A stretch of DNA of 64,000 bases, from NCBI GenBank assembly GCA_048128005.1, contig JBEUKZ010000068.1:186001-250000 (forward strand), in the 5' to 3' direction. The position numbers were made by a program, and so were the translations under genes. Shown in pieces: positions 40,338 through 50,174 of this stretch. The stretch is from Veleropilina oligotropha (taxonomy: Eukaryota). The notes below the pieces were generated by a model. That model saw only the letters and a list, made by a program, of their open reading frames with translations. It was not told the DNA's origin and searched no databases. Numbering within the stretch: position 1 is the first letter of the stretch; the number at the start of each line of letters is the position of its first letter.

Positions 40338-41331
40338 GAACCGGCGGCAGCTGGGTATCACGAGGCACCACGAGAAGTTCCTCACGAACGAAGCCACGCG
40401 GTGGTCCATCCAGCAAGTAGTAGAGCACAGGCTCGTCAGGCTTAGTGACGGAGCGTCCAAGCCTGTAAACTTTTAGAGACCACACCGGGTCAGTAGCACG
40501 GCGATGACCCCCCTCCAGCTCACCATCGTAGTAAAGGTAGCGAACATCTACGTCAGAGGGGAGTTTCTGTTCCTTCCCCTGTCGGCCTGGAACAGTGGCG
40601 CCTGGCTTTTGGGCAACGCGAGGTGCCTTGATGGCGTCCTTGGGCTTTTTACCGGTCAGCCTGGTCACTTCCCCATTCAAGGCCGCAACTACAGCTGCTA
40701 ACCGGGCGACCCACTCAGTTGACCTTTGACCCTCATTCGCAGACTCTGCAAACCGCATCTCTGTTGCATACTGGTGCCCGAAGAGCCGCTCAGCGAGCGT
40801 CCGGTTGAAGCGCTCCACAATGCCCTGATCGCGATGGATATCCACACGGCCACGCCTAACCTCGACGTTATTCTTTGCCAGCAGCTGGGAAACCGCGCCC
40901 ATAAACTCTCGCCCTGGATCGACTTGAAGCAGTTTCGGCCAGCCAAGAGGACTCCGCCTGTAGATTCGGGCTAGTGCTTCAGCAACCCCTTTGGCCTCTT
41001 TTGTGACCAGAGGCTCAGCCTCTTTAAAGCGACTGGCCACATCAACCACAGTCAAAGCGTACTTATAGGTCTTGTGTCTGACCTTGTCATGGGGGAGAAA
41101 CAGGAGGTCGGCTTGGTGAACCTCGTTTGGCGTTACGACGTCGAATTTTGGTCTTGGAATCCGCCGTGGCGCAGGTAAATAGATCTGCCATATAGCCTGC
41201 CTCTTAAGCCATGTCCGGGCCTCCACTTCAGACGCCTTGGCAGCGTCAGCTAGTTTCTTTATCGCGGCAATGCCTTTCCAGTAGCCCTTAGGGCTGTAGT
41301 ACATCCTCGCAAGCTTACTATCCATCAGCAA
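40327..41331 (-). CDS. Retroviral-type (rve) DDE integrase, Polinton c-integrase-like
   Basis: HQADL, LTVVDVASRF, QVDPGREF and GIVERFNRTL (D-x34-E); no C-terminal chromodomain seen. Confidence 0.93.
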   Translation of the reverse strand: MLMDSKLARMYYSPKGYWKGIAAIKKLADAAKASEVEARTWLKRQAIWQIYLPAPRRIPRPKFDVVTPNEVHQADLLFLPHDKVRHKTYKYALTVVDVASRFKEAEPLVTKEAKGVAEALARIYRRSPLGWPKLLQVDPGREFMGAVSQLLAKNNVEVRRGRVDIHRDQGIVERFNRTLAERLFGHQYATEMRFAESANEGQRSTEWVARLAAVVAALNGEVTRLTGKKPKDAIKAPRVAQKPGATVPGRQGKEQKLPSDVDVRYLYYDGELEGGHRRATDPVWSLKVYRLGRSVTKPDEPVLYYLLDGPPRGFVREELLVVPRDTQLPPVLRR

Positions 41332-41554
41332 TGTATTCCAGTAAACTGATCAGTCTCCAACAGGCTTCAGCTTCCGGAGCCGGTCGCTGCGCAGTCGTCT
41401 CCCAAAGGTTGGTCGGGCCCGAGAGCACCAGGACCGCGAACCGCACCATAGTCTTTTCGTCGCGGCGCCAGCAGTCGAGTAACGTAGTACTATAGCCGAC
41501 CGCAAGCATAGCGCAGTACAGCTCTTCTGGGAGCCCCATTACTATACCTGGCAC
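41318..41554 (-). CDS. Hypothetical viral protein (78 aa)
   Basis: ORF tiles between neighbouring genes on the same strand. Confidence 0.45.
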   Translation of the reverse strand: MPGIVMGLPEELYCAMLAVGYSTTLLDCWRRDEKTMVRFAVLVLSGPTNLWETTAQRPAPEAEACWRLISLLEYIADG

Positions 41555-41580
41555 ACGAAAAAAATGTCCACTGGAAATAA

Positions 41581-42009
41581 TTAGGCGAGCTTGTAGGCGA
41601 CCAACCCGGTCGCAGCCATCCCCAGGATGATGAAGGTGATCTCACGTCCCTTCTGGCCATCGCTCGGTGTGTAGTAGTCAGACAGGGCGGGCTCAGGGCC
41701 ACCCCCCAGGTCGGGGTCAAGGTTCTTGCCGGTGATCAATGCATACTCACGGATCGCGGCGTCAACATCCCGGAATGTGCCAACGGCATGACCCTGGCGG
41801 CGAAGTTCAACGTTCAGCCAGTCGAGACGCTCTGCCCTCTTTTGGGACCATTTAGTCTGAGCAGCGTTGAGCTGTTCTACAGCAATGTCGTGGCGTTTAC
41901 GCTCCGCATCGACACCGGAGCTGCGTAGCTTCGAGAAGAGGAAGTTGGAGCCGCTGAAGGCGAGGGCGTTGACGAGAGCGCCCCCAACCAGCATCGCAAT
42001 GGAAGCCAT
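41581..42009 (-). CDS. Putative membrane protein (hydrophobic N- and C-termini, central coiled coil)
   Basis: MASIAMLVGGALVNALAFSG... and ITFIILGMAATGLVAYKLA; first ATG at 42009. Confidence 0.7.
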   Translation of the reverse strand: MASIAMLVGGALVNALAFSGSNFLFSKLRSSGVDAERKRHDIAVEQLNAAQTKWSQKRAERLDWLNVELRRQGHAVGTFRDVDAAIREYALITGKNLDPDLGGGPEPALSDYYTPSDGQKGREITFIILGMAATGLVAYKLA

Positions 42010-42040
42010 TGAAATGCTGCGATTATCTAGCAAGGTCCCA

Positions 42041-42280
42041 CTACTTCAATATATCGGCCGGAATGATGCCTTGCTTGATCAGCATGTCTTTCGTCGCCAT
42101 GGCGAGCGCTACGTCGAGGACGACCATCCCGACATCGTAGCCTGTGAAGTCCAGTTTGGGGCTCGCTCCCTTGAATACCATCTTTGTCAGGCGTGCGTAG
42201 CCTATGGCGAGGCCTGACACTATAGCGGCGTGGTATACAGCGTTGCCGAGCATCTTTCCATCAGTGATTGGGGTAGTCAT
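42041..42280 (-). CDS. Small hydrophobic protein (79 aa)
   Basis: ATG ORF tiling tightly in the gene cluster, two hydrophobic segments. Confidence 0.65.
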   Translation of the reverse strand: MTTPITDGKMLGNAVYHAAIVSGLAIGYARLTKMVFKGASPKLDFTGYDVGMVVLDVALAMATKDMLIKQGIIPADILK

Positions 42281-42305
42281 AACTGTTGATTAGTACCGTT
42301 TGCGA

Positions 42306-42833
42306 CTATTGCATATGAAAAGGGTTCTGCTTCTTCAATTCGATAGTGGGGGCGGCCCGAGAGCACCGAGCGTCCGCGTCTGGTGGCTGTTGATGTGGTG
42401 TGGATGGACCAGGGTTGCTGCGTTCTGAGGACGTCTTCCAGACAACAAATACCAACGCAACCCTACCGGCAGCGACGGCTACCTGGGTCCAATTAAATAG
42501 GTCCGATTTCCGTGTATCTGGCGCACGCGGTCTTTCTGCGGCTGGAACCGCCTCCCCGGGCTGTTCTGATGGAACGACAACACTTGTTGGGGCACTCAGG
42601 TCTTCTTTCATTTTTCGAACCGCGGCCAGTAGCTTCTCCTGCTTGGCTTTTCGAGCAGCAGCGCCGGCCCGCCCTGCAGCCACTTTTTTCGGGTCCTTTT
42701 TACTCACTGATGAGTCCGTCGAAGAAGTCACCCTCTCTATCGGCTGGCTCTCGATCGGCTGTCTCTCGATCACTTGGTCCACTTCCGGCGTTGTCATCTT
42801 GATCTGGTATCTTAGGCGGGCAAACATGTCCAA
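42306..42833 (-). CDS. Basic/low-complexity protein with a hydrophobic segment
   Basis: KKDPKKVAAGRAGAAARKAKQE; probable start at MTTPEV (42797). Confidence 0.6.
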   Translation of the reverse strand: MDMFARLRYQIKMTTPEVDQVIERQPIESQPIERVTSSTDSSVSKKDPKKVAAGRAGAAARKAKQEKLLAAVRKMKEDLSAPTSVVVPSEQPGEAVPAAERPRAPDTRKSDLFNWTQVAVAAGRVALVFVVWKTSSERSNPGPSTPHQQPPDADARCSRAAPTIELKKQNPFHMQ

Positions 42834-43485
42834 ATTGGCAGTGCTTAGCCGTGGTCAACGCTGCGGTCAGCGGTGCGAGGTACATGCCATATTTATAATA
42901 CAGCTCACAGCTTGCAGTGGTCAGGGCATGTGAGATGAACGGGTCGGCCTCCAGGTCGGCGATCAGTCGTAGCTGGTTTGCTGGTGGAATGGGCAGGAAC
43001 ATCCCAGCTGCCCCCGCGTAGAGATGAATAGCTGAAGTCCCCAGAGTCTTCGTCACATCGGCACCGAGTTTCGCTTCATACCTCGCGTGGTGCTTTTCGA
43101 CCTCGTCGTCAGTCATGTCGTCTATCCGGTCCACTGTGAGGTTACGCCCCATGTATCGGTGGGCCTGTCCTCCAACGGCTAAGGCTGCAAGCCTCTCACG
43201 CTTTGCCGCGCAAACGGAACTTGCGACTCCACTGTTACTGACAGGTTCCTTGCCATCGGGAGTCAAGCGACAGCTGTTGATGGTCGTTTCTTGTTCGTCA
43301 TCCATGAGTTGATCGATGAGGCTGTCCATCCTGAAGCGTTTCCAGCATCGCCTCACCGGTCTAATATAACTGTAAATCCAATACCACAATGTAGCGAGTA
43401 GGAGCAAGATCAGGCTCTGGCTGAAAGCAAAAGCTAGATATACAGCGTCCGACATGCGAGAGCTTGCTGGGCAGCTACTTAGCAT
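42700..43485 (-). CDS. Hypothetical viral protein (261 aa) with an N-terminal hydrophobic helix
   Basis: Long ORF directly after the ATPase stop codon. Confidence 0.65.
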   Translation of the reverse strand: MLSSCPASSRMSDAVYLAFAFSQSLILLLLATLWYWIYSYIRPVRRCWKRFRMDSLIDQLMDDEQETTINSCRLTPDGKEPVSNSGVASSVCAAKRERLAALAVGGQAHRYMGRNLTVDRIDDMTDDEVEKHHARYEAKLGADVTKTLGTSAIHLYAGAAGMFLPIPPANQLRLIADLEADPFISHALTTASCELYYKYGMYLAPLTAALTTAKHCQFGHVCPPKIPDQDDNAGSGPSDRETADREPADREGDFFDGLISE

Positions 43486-43496
43486 CTGCTGGGTAG

Positions 43497-44087
43497 CTAT
43501 AGCACACTATAAGCAACGGGCTGATCAGATTTCAACAGAAGCTTAGCGTGTCGTGTCTCGGCCAACAGCCGGCGAACCTCGGTCCGTTCATCCTGCGACG
43601 GGATTACATCGTTCTCGCGCAGACAGTCCTCGAAACTGTCGCGGTCCTTGCAATGGAACAGCGCGACCCAGCGGGTCTGCTCTCTGAGCTCCTTCAAGAC
43701 CGAGTTGTACTTTTGCGTCACTACCCATACGCTCTGGGAAGCATGCCTGCCGCTGAAGGCCAACAAAGTCAGCATGTCCCTCCTCTTTGCCATAGCCTTG
43801 CTCGCGGCGCAGTCGTCGATGATATATAAAGTTGATTCCCCCTGAAACAGTCGGTAGAACCCCCGCAGCCAGTCATGGAGTCGCTCACCCGGGGGGACTA
43901 AATACACCTCAGGGTCGGTCCAGATCCACGGACAAGACTGGTATGCTTTGTTGTACTTGATCGTGGGGCAGAGGACCACGATATGCCGGAAGACGCCTCG
44001 ATACTCCCCTTCCAGCAGTTCAAGCATGAAAACCGTCTTCCCACAGCCCGTCTGGCCGCAGATGATTGCGGAGTGGGGGTCCTTGGT
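43497..44087 (-). CDS. A32/FtsK-HerA-type DNA packaging ATPase domain, in frame with the upstream capsid C-terminal half
   Basis: Walker A GQTGCGKT, Walker B YIIDD, SGRH and VVTQ motifs. Confidence 0.9.
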   Translation of the reverse strand, partial: TKDPHSAIICGQTGCGKTVFMLELLEGEYRGVFRHIVVLCPTIKYNKAYQSCPWIWTDPEVYLVPPGERLHDWLRGFYRLFQGESTLYIIDDCAASKAMAKRRDMLTLLAFSGRHASQSVWVVTQKYNSVLKELREQTRWVALFHCKDRDSFEDCLRENDVIPSQDERTEVRRLLAETRHAKLLLKSDQPVAYSVL

Positions 44088-45727
44088 GTACAGTGCTTCG
44101 ACGAATCGGCCATTCTCGATATTCAGCTGTGCGTCCATGATCACGAACTCGTAGACGTTCAGTGGACCGGCCGCTTCGGCTGTTTTAGTGATCTGAATAG
44201 TAATGCCTTCGCTGGCGTTCTCGACCCTCCGGCCTGACCCGTGCAACTGATCGTCGTCAGTTACCCGCATATCGATCCAGAGCGCAAATTTCTTAGTCAG
44301 AAATTCGCCCAGGGTGACGTCTGCCATCTCCAAGTCCTTTGCGACCATCGCGACCTCAGGATGCCGCTTGCTGCAGCCGGAGGCGAACATTTTCTTGGCT
44401 TCTTCCCAGATCTGGTATGTTCGCATGCCCTGGCTGTAGATTTGATTCGGGACACCCTCGATTGTGACCTCGACCTTTGTGATCTTCGGATTATAGAAGG
44501 CCTCAGTATCGCGAGAGAATGGCGCGGCGTCTCTCGCAGGGTCCTCGAACAACAGTAGTATTCCTTTCATCGACCTCGCCGGTACGTTCACATTCATATT
44601 CCACAACGAGTCGCTCTTGTCTAGGGTGAGCTTCCGATGCCGGAGAACACGGTCGTACAGGATTACGAGTTGACCCTGGTATTGATTTCGAATCCGTCTG
44701 GCAAGCTCGGATTGGGTTACCATGTCATATTCGAGGGATATATTGTCGATGGAATAGCTGGAACCGGAGTCGTCCGTCTCCCGGATAGTCCGGGAGTAAT
44801 AATAATAATAATAATACTCCGGTCTTATATAGCGCATTATTACGCTAGTGTCTCAATGCGCTGAACATTATTACCCCTGGTTATGGGCCTTTTCCACTCG
44901 ATATGCCATCTCAACTCCCTCTGGGAGCATTACAGTCATTTACACGCGGGTAGCGCCGTGACTTACATAACTGCCAACCAGGTACCCATTCAAATCGGCT
45001 GGGTGGACCGAGGCAAATATATGCTTATTTCCTTGCCCAAGTGAAATCGTCGAGCCTTGGGGGCGAACTCGAGACTCTGTGACCAGAGTCCTGTGAACAA
45101 CCCACTGAGTCCTGTGAACAACCCACTGAGCCACGACGGCTCGTTGAACGTTAGCTCATACTCGAGACGGTCTCCAAGGGCGCTTTGATAGAATGGCATG
45201 TGACTTTCCAACAGCTCGAAATCCAGCGGGATGCGGAATCGGTTACCGTACGCGGCCGCGACCGCGACATCCTCAGACAGTCTGAAGGCGTCTGCCGCGC
45301 CAACACGATGCTTCGTAGTGTTGTGTCCATCGCTGGTATCAATCCCCTGGTACTGGGCATTCTTGCGCTCCCCGGTGGTCTTCCAGAGATCGCAGTAGCA
45401 GTGGTACACGTCGGAGTCGTCAATCGACATGATCTCGTTTCCACTTATCTTTATCGTGGTCTTTCTGATCACGGCACGGCCGATATTTTGCACTACAGTC
45501 CTATTCGCATTTACCGAGGTCAGAGAGATGGTAAATGCGAGGTGGGCAGTCCCTGGAACGATCACGTCATTCGCCCCGAGATTAGGGAACCGAACCAGGA
45601 GCTGCTGGTTCGGGGCAATCGTTGATGGATTGTTTGTAATCGTGACCGACTGGCGGATGCCCTTGACTGCGAGGGGCTCACGCAGCCTGCGGTATGGATT
45701 AAGCTTGCGTCCGTATACGCTAGTCAT
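44088..45727 (-). pseudogene. Putative double-jelly-roll major capsid protein gene interrupted by a SINE
   Basis: Removing 44800-45140 joins ...YELTFN-D-YSRTI... in frame, giving ~430 aa of beta-rich sequence next to the ATPase; the capsid identity is inferred. Confidence 0.75.
44800..45140 (-). mobile_element. tRNA-derived SINE with an L2-like 3' end and (TAT)n tail
   Basis: Head gccgtcgtggctcagtgg (A box) and gagttcgcccc (B-box-like); core cctcggtccacccagc...aatgggtacctgg; tail gcgctatataag...tattattat. Confidence 0.85.
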
Positions 45728-45763
45728 GGCTGAATTAGATGCGTATCCCACTGATGTATTCAA

Positions 45764-47077
45764 ATGGCGGAATTCGAGAACCCCGCATTCGAGCCGGACG
45801 ATCTCATCGACAACGATGATACCATCATCGACGATACTGATGTGGATCTATCCACCGACCGGTTTATGCCTGTTCTTTCGGAACGGCCACAGGAAGGAAC
45901 CAGCAGTCTTCAGCAAGAGCTCGTTCAGGGCGTGGTTGACGACTACTACAAAGCCCTGGCACAGGAGGGGCAGACCCCAGCCGCAGGGCGAGATTATTCA
46001 AAATTCAAGTATGTGAGGGGAAAATTAGGGAGGGGGGGAAAATTGGTGATGACGGACTACCCCGACATTAATCTCATAAATTCTCGCACCGGCAACCCCT
46101 TGGCGTTATCAACAATAGCTGGCCGGCCTGGTGGGGGTGATGCAATCCGTGAAGGGTTGGGTTTTGTACACTGGACGCGGGGGGGACAAAAGCCGTCCTC
46201 AAAAGCGGTTGCAGTTCTTCAGGCAGCCGACAACGAGTTGAGCGGTGCGGCCGCTAATGTCGAAAACGTAGAACTGCGGGACTTGGGGCAGACTGCTACT
46301 GATGCCTCGGTAGCAATCCACACGATGGAGACGAAATTCACTGATGCCGAGGTTGAAGAGATCTTAGGCACAATGGGGGACCCTCCATTAAATCTTCGCG
46401 AGCTTCGCGGACTTGACAAGGCGATGCAGACCATCCGAGGCGAACTAACCAACAATCTAGCCAAACTAACGGCGCTGGACGAACACATAGAGCTGGAGAA
46501 GATGAAGCTCGATCAGGCAGATGAAGAGGGCGGTGTGGATGAGTTCATCCGTCGACGGATCGCGGAACGTCTGCGCGACCTGAATGATGAAAGAGCAGCT
46601 CGCCTAGAGGCAGCATCATCAAGCCGGGAGGCCCTTCGCTCTCAAATCAGCCGGATCCGAGAGATGATAAGTCGGATCCTGAACACCGACACAACGCTGG
46701 CCGAGCGTATCCGGACCCTGTTCCGCGAGCAAGGGGTTACGATCGCAACAATACTGACCGCTATCGGGCTCGCCATCTCGACTTTGGTACTAGCCCTGAC
46801 AGGTGGAGCGCCGAGCATACCACCAACACCACCACCTCCCAGTGGTCAGGGCGGGGTCAAGGAGTGGGTCAAAAAGCAGCTGCAGAACCTGGGAAGGATT
46901 CTAGGCAAACTAGCAGGGAAGGCCGCAGCCGCGCTCCCAGGAATACTTGGAAGCCTGGTCTCCTGGCTAATCAACCTGATTGGCAAGACAGCATCGTGGC
47001 TCGCTGAAAACCTATGGGCACTGGTCATATCAGTTGGGGGCTTGCTTCTTATTGCCGCTAGACAGTGGGTCACGTAA
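45764..47077 (+). CDS. Coiled-coil protein with C-terminal hydrophobic helices (437 aa)
   Basis: Long helical, charged region, then TIATILTAIGLAISTLVLAL, a Pro-rich linker and further hydrophobic helices. Confidence 0.8.
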   Translation: MAEFENPAFEPDDLIDNDDTIIDDTDVDLSTDRFMPVLSERPQEGTSSLQQELVQGVVDDYYKALAQEGQTPAAGRDYSKFKYVRGKLGRGGKLVMTDYPDINLINSRTGNPLALSTIAGRPGGGDAIREGLGFVHWTRGGQKPSSKAVAVLQAADNELSGAAANVENVELRDLGQTATDASVAIHTMETKFTDAEVEEILGTMGDPPLNLRELRGLDKAMQTIRGELTNNLAKLTALDEHIELEKMKLDQADEEGGVDEFIRRRIAERLRDLNDERAARLEAASSSREALRSQISRIREMISRILNTDTTLAERIRTLFREQGVTIATILTAIGLAISTLVLALTGGAPSIPPTPPPPSGQGGVKEWVKKQLQNLGRILGKLAGKAAAALPGILGSLVSWLINLIGKTASWLAENLWALVISVGGLLLIAARQWVT

Positions 47078-48356
47078 GCCAAATGAACGCTAGGCCAACG
47101 ACAATGCCGCCCACGATAAGTGCGGTTTTATCCTCGTCATGTTTGGTTGCCCCAGCTGAAACAGCCGCCACAGCCGGCAGAGAGCCACGATGCTTCGGAG
47201 TGACCGCATCTGCGGGTAAGACGGCGTCTTGTGGGATGACCAATCCTGTTTCTCCAGTCTCCCCAGTGGCGTTGAGCGGCACAGGATTGGCCGCGTTCAC
47301 CGTAGTATTAAGACCTAGGGTCTGGGCTTCCGTGGCAACGACGATTTCGTTGTTATACCCAGCCACATGCCCTACCCGAAGGAGCATGTCACTTGGCGCC
47401 ATGTAAAGGCCGACGCCGAATACGAAGTCTACTTTAGACCTGGCATACTGCAAAACGTCCTGGTACCGTTTGATGGCTGCAGGGAGGTCAACGGGGGATG
47501 CGATGGCATCTTCCACGTTCGCCAGGAACTGTTTCTGTGCGTCAAACGCCGTCCCACTACCCAGAATACTTGCACGCGTTTGAGCCTGCGCTCCAAGAAT
47601 AGCCCAGACGTAGGTCCTGATGGAATCATTGAGCCTTTCCACGCCGGCCCTCGTGAATCCCACCGACCTGTCCAGAATAAAAGTAGCCCAACCGTTTTTA
47701 AGTGCAGGCGCTTGCGCGATGTAGTCCACGTGCAGATTCGTGTTGGTCGTACCTTTGGTGAAGGACATTCGGCTTGGATCATACTCACGTCCGATGGGGT
47801 GGTAGCCGTTGTTCGTCCAGTAGCTGTAAGCGGTGCCTAGTCTGCCGTTGGGACCCTTGACACGCCAGTCGGTATGTGGGGACACTCCGAATTCGCTGCA
47901 GATCTTTTCATATGCCCTTCGGTCATACGGGGTGTCGAATGCATCCCACGTCCGGTCTTGTGGCAGCGGCGCCTGAATCTCGGTCAAGATCCTTCTGACC
48001 TGATAGTAGACGTGGAAGGTGAATACAGCAGTGGAGAGGGGGGCTGCAGTAGCATTCAAGTGGTCTTCTGAGGAGATACCGGAACCTGTTGTGGCACACC
48101 AAACTGCGAAATTGACTTTGTTCTGCCAGAACCGCATCGGCGTGGTCTGCCAGGCCCTTATCAGCCCGTCACTAGCGACGTGAGGGAGGCGATACTTTTG
48201 AAATACGTCGGGGTAGTCTGCCCCGAATGCAGTGGTTGAGCTATTACCCACATTGATGCTTGGTCTCGTAAGCTGCTCATCTTTGATCTTTGCTGGGTAC
48301 ACCACACCGGTCGGATAGGCCGCACTCCTATTAAACGCAAAGGCGCTCTTAGCCAT
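47070..48356 (-). CDS. Hypothetical viral protein with a C-terminal membrane anchor (428 aa)
   Basis: Long ORF ending ALIVGGIVVGLAFIWLT. Confidence 0.8.
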   Translation of the reverse strand: MAKSAFAFNRSAAYPTGVVYPAKIKDEQLTRPSINVGNSSTTAFGADYPDVFQKYRLPHVASDGLIRAWQTTPMRFWQNKVNFAVWCATTGSGISSEDHLNATAAPLSTAVFTFHVYYQVRRILTEIQAPLPQDRTWDAFDTPYDRRAYEKICSEFGVSPHTDWRVKGPNGRLGTAYSYWTNNGYHPIGREYDPSRMSFTKGTTNTNLHVDYIAQAPALKNGWATFILDRSVGFTRAGVERLNDSIRTYVWAILGAQAQTRASILGSGTAFDAQKQFLANVEDAIASPVDLPAAIKRYQDVLQYARSKVDFVFGVGLYMAPSDMLLRVGHVAGYNNEIVVATEAQTLGLNTTVNAANPVPLNATGETGETGLVIPQDAVLPADAVTPKHRGSLPAVAAVSAGATKHDEDKTALIVGGIVVGLAFIWLT

Positions 48357-48363
48357 AGCTACT

Positions 48364-49104
48364 ATGTTTCACACATTAACAAACGTTCAAGAGGGGACCG
48401 CGGTTGCCCTCCTGGAGCCGATTGATAACCGGGACGGCAAGCTATGTGTCAGCTTGCAGTCGCTCGACTATTGGGTAGGCTGGCACAACGTGCATGCCGG
48501 AGCCTTCTTTAAGACCCCGGATACCACGGTCGACGTGGCACCAGGTTTCTACAGCTTCGATGACCTCGCCAAGACGATGAAGAGGTCGCTAGTTAACCTA
48601 CAACTAGATGTAAGCCATGCTACAGGGCTCGCCCGAATCGTGGTCCCAGAGGGGACTCGACTCGCGATAAGCGACGATATACGAAAACTCCTCGGCTTAG
48701 ACCTCTCTTCGTTTATTCTCGATAAAGCAGGGAATCTGAACCAACCGGTTCGGGGAGTACAGGGCCAACCACCTCCCCCTCCGGAGAGATCCGAGTGGCT
48801 ACGCCCTGGGACTTATGACGGGAATAAGCCTGTCGGGTTTGCCATAGCGCCAACCCTGCACGTCCACCTGGAGCAGCTTAGTACAACGCACAATGTGAAG
48901 GACGGCGCCCCGAGCACTATTCTCGCGGTGGTCCCTATCACGTCGCAGATGTTCGGTGAAGCTGGCCACTATCATAGCTATCCCGCCGGCCGGCGACTAC
49001 AGGCCGGGCTAATCACAGAGTTGAAGGTGTACGTCACAGACGCAGACAGTAACCCGCTAGACAATCACGGCATGCCCATTACCGCAGTCCTTGCGATACA
49101 ATGA
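48364..49104 (+). CDS. Putative minor capsid (penton-like) protein (246 aa)
   Basis: C-terminal pattern N..DGAPSTILAVVPI...ITELKVYVTDADSNPLDNHGMPITAVL resembles Polinton minor capsid proteins. Confidence 0.7.
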   Translation: MFHTLTNVQEGTAVALLEPIDNRDGKLCVSLQSLDYWVGWHNVHAGAFFKTPDTTVDVAPGFYSFDDLAKTMKRSLVNLQLDVSHATGLARIVVPEGTRLAISDDIRKLLGLDLSSFILDKAGNLNQPVRGVQGQPPPPPERSEWLRPGTYDGNKPVGFAIAPTLHVHLEQLSTTHNVKDGAPSTILAVVPITSQMFGEAGHYHSYPAGRRLQAGLITELKVYVTDADSNPLDNHGMPITAVLAIQ

Positions 49105-49463
49105 GCAGCAGCATCTATGGGACCCTGCGGGCAGATGAGCCCTCTTCCCCGACCCGGTGGCACTTTGTTCTTAATTGTGGAGAAGCACCCAAGAAGAAGG
49201 GACTGGCGAAGAGGGAGTTCCTTCTTCCCAATAATGGAGGCCGGTTTGGGTTGAACCCAGCCCTCCTAATGATTCACATGACGCCGGTCCAGCCCGCCGG
49301 GGGCCCCAAAGCATGTTCCATAAGTACGCTTGGCCTGAATTCGGACAGGCTGACCCTCGCCTTCGTCGTCAAGGCCCCGTGGGTTGGCACGATGTATTTG
49401 AACGTTTCCGTAACGGTAGACATTCGGAATCAACAGGCTGAACAATACAGCCACGAACAATGA
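49101..49463 (+). CDS. Hypothetical viral protein (120 aa)
   Basis: ATGA start/stop overlaps with both neighbours. Confidence 0.65.
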   Translation: MSSSIYGTLRADEPSSPTRWHFVLNCGEAPKKKGLAKREFLLPNNGGRFGLNPALLMIHMTPVQPAGGPKACSISTLGLNSDRLTLAFVVKAPWVGTMYLNVSVTVDIRNQQAEQYSHEQ

Positions 49464-50092
49464 ACAACAAGCCCTCAGCGCCAACGCTGTACCCACAGCT
49501 TGGTGGCGATGTGCCTTCGGAACTGCATGAGGCACAGTCTTTCCGACTACAGAAAGTGAATGAGCTTCAGGGACAGCTAGAGCGAGAACGGGATGCCCGG
49601 GCTGCACTATATAAAAAGTACCGACGAGGTGTTAACGTCGTTGACGGTATAGATAACGGACTAGTCGTCGCCACACTTGGTATGGGTAGCGCTGGAATTG
49701 GTCTACTTTCCACAATTGTAGCCGCCCCGGTCGTCCTAGTGCTGGAATTAGCGGCATTAGGGTGTGGGCTCGCCAGTATGGGTGGGAAATATATCAGCCG
49801 GCGCCTCGGGGTGAAGGCTAAGAAACACGACGAGATTCGAGTCCTGGCCGACAGCAAGCTGAATACCATAACCGACCACGTCTCAAAGGCCTTAGCGGAC
49901 GGGGTGATGTCTGATAATGAATTCCAACTGGTCACAGGGGAGATGGAGAAATACCAAGCCATGAAGGCATCAATCCGGGATAAGAGTAGGAAGGCGCACA
50001 CCGCGATTTCACAGACCCAGAGCGAGCTTATTGAGCGTGGTCGTTTAGAGGGTCGTGCAGAGCTGCTGAAAAAAATCGGAGCTGGCGACTAA
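49460..50092 (+). CDS. Coiled-coil protein with a central hydrophobic hairpin (210 aa), possibly adintovirus GasderminX-like
   Basis: FRLQKVNE...YKKY, two Gly/Ala-rich hydrophobic segments, KKHDEI...SKALADGVMSDNEF; family assignment from memory. Confidence 0.7.
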   Translation: MNNKPSAPTLYPQLGGDVPSELHEAQSFRLQKVNELQGQLERERDARAALYKKYRRGVNVVDGIDNGLVVATLGMGSAGIGLLSTIVAAPVVLVLELAALGCGLASMGGKYISRRLGVKAKKHDEIRVLADSKLNTITDHVSKALADGVMSDNEFQLVTGEMEKYQAMKASIRDKSRKAHTAISQTQSELIERGRLEGRAELLKKIGAGD

Positions 50093-50174
50093 CTATCCAG
50101 GTTGAGCGTAGCCACGACTACCCCGCTCCTCCCCCGTATTAAAGCTAGAAATCGACAGTGATATCTGGACAACC

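Noticed and set aside
40327..41331. LTR retrotransposon or Ginger integrase
   Set aside because: No RT, gag or LTRs; it sits among viral morphogenesis genes within TIRs
44800..44837. Poly-Tyr N-terminus of the 446-aa ORF
   Set aside because: It is the SINE (TAT)n tail read in frame, not viral protein
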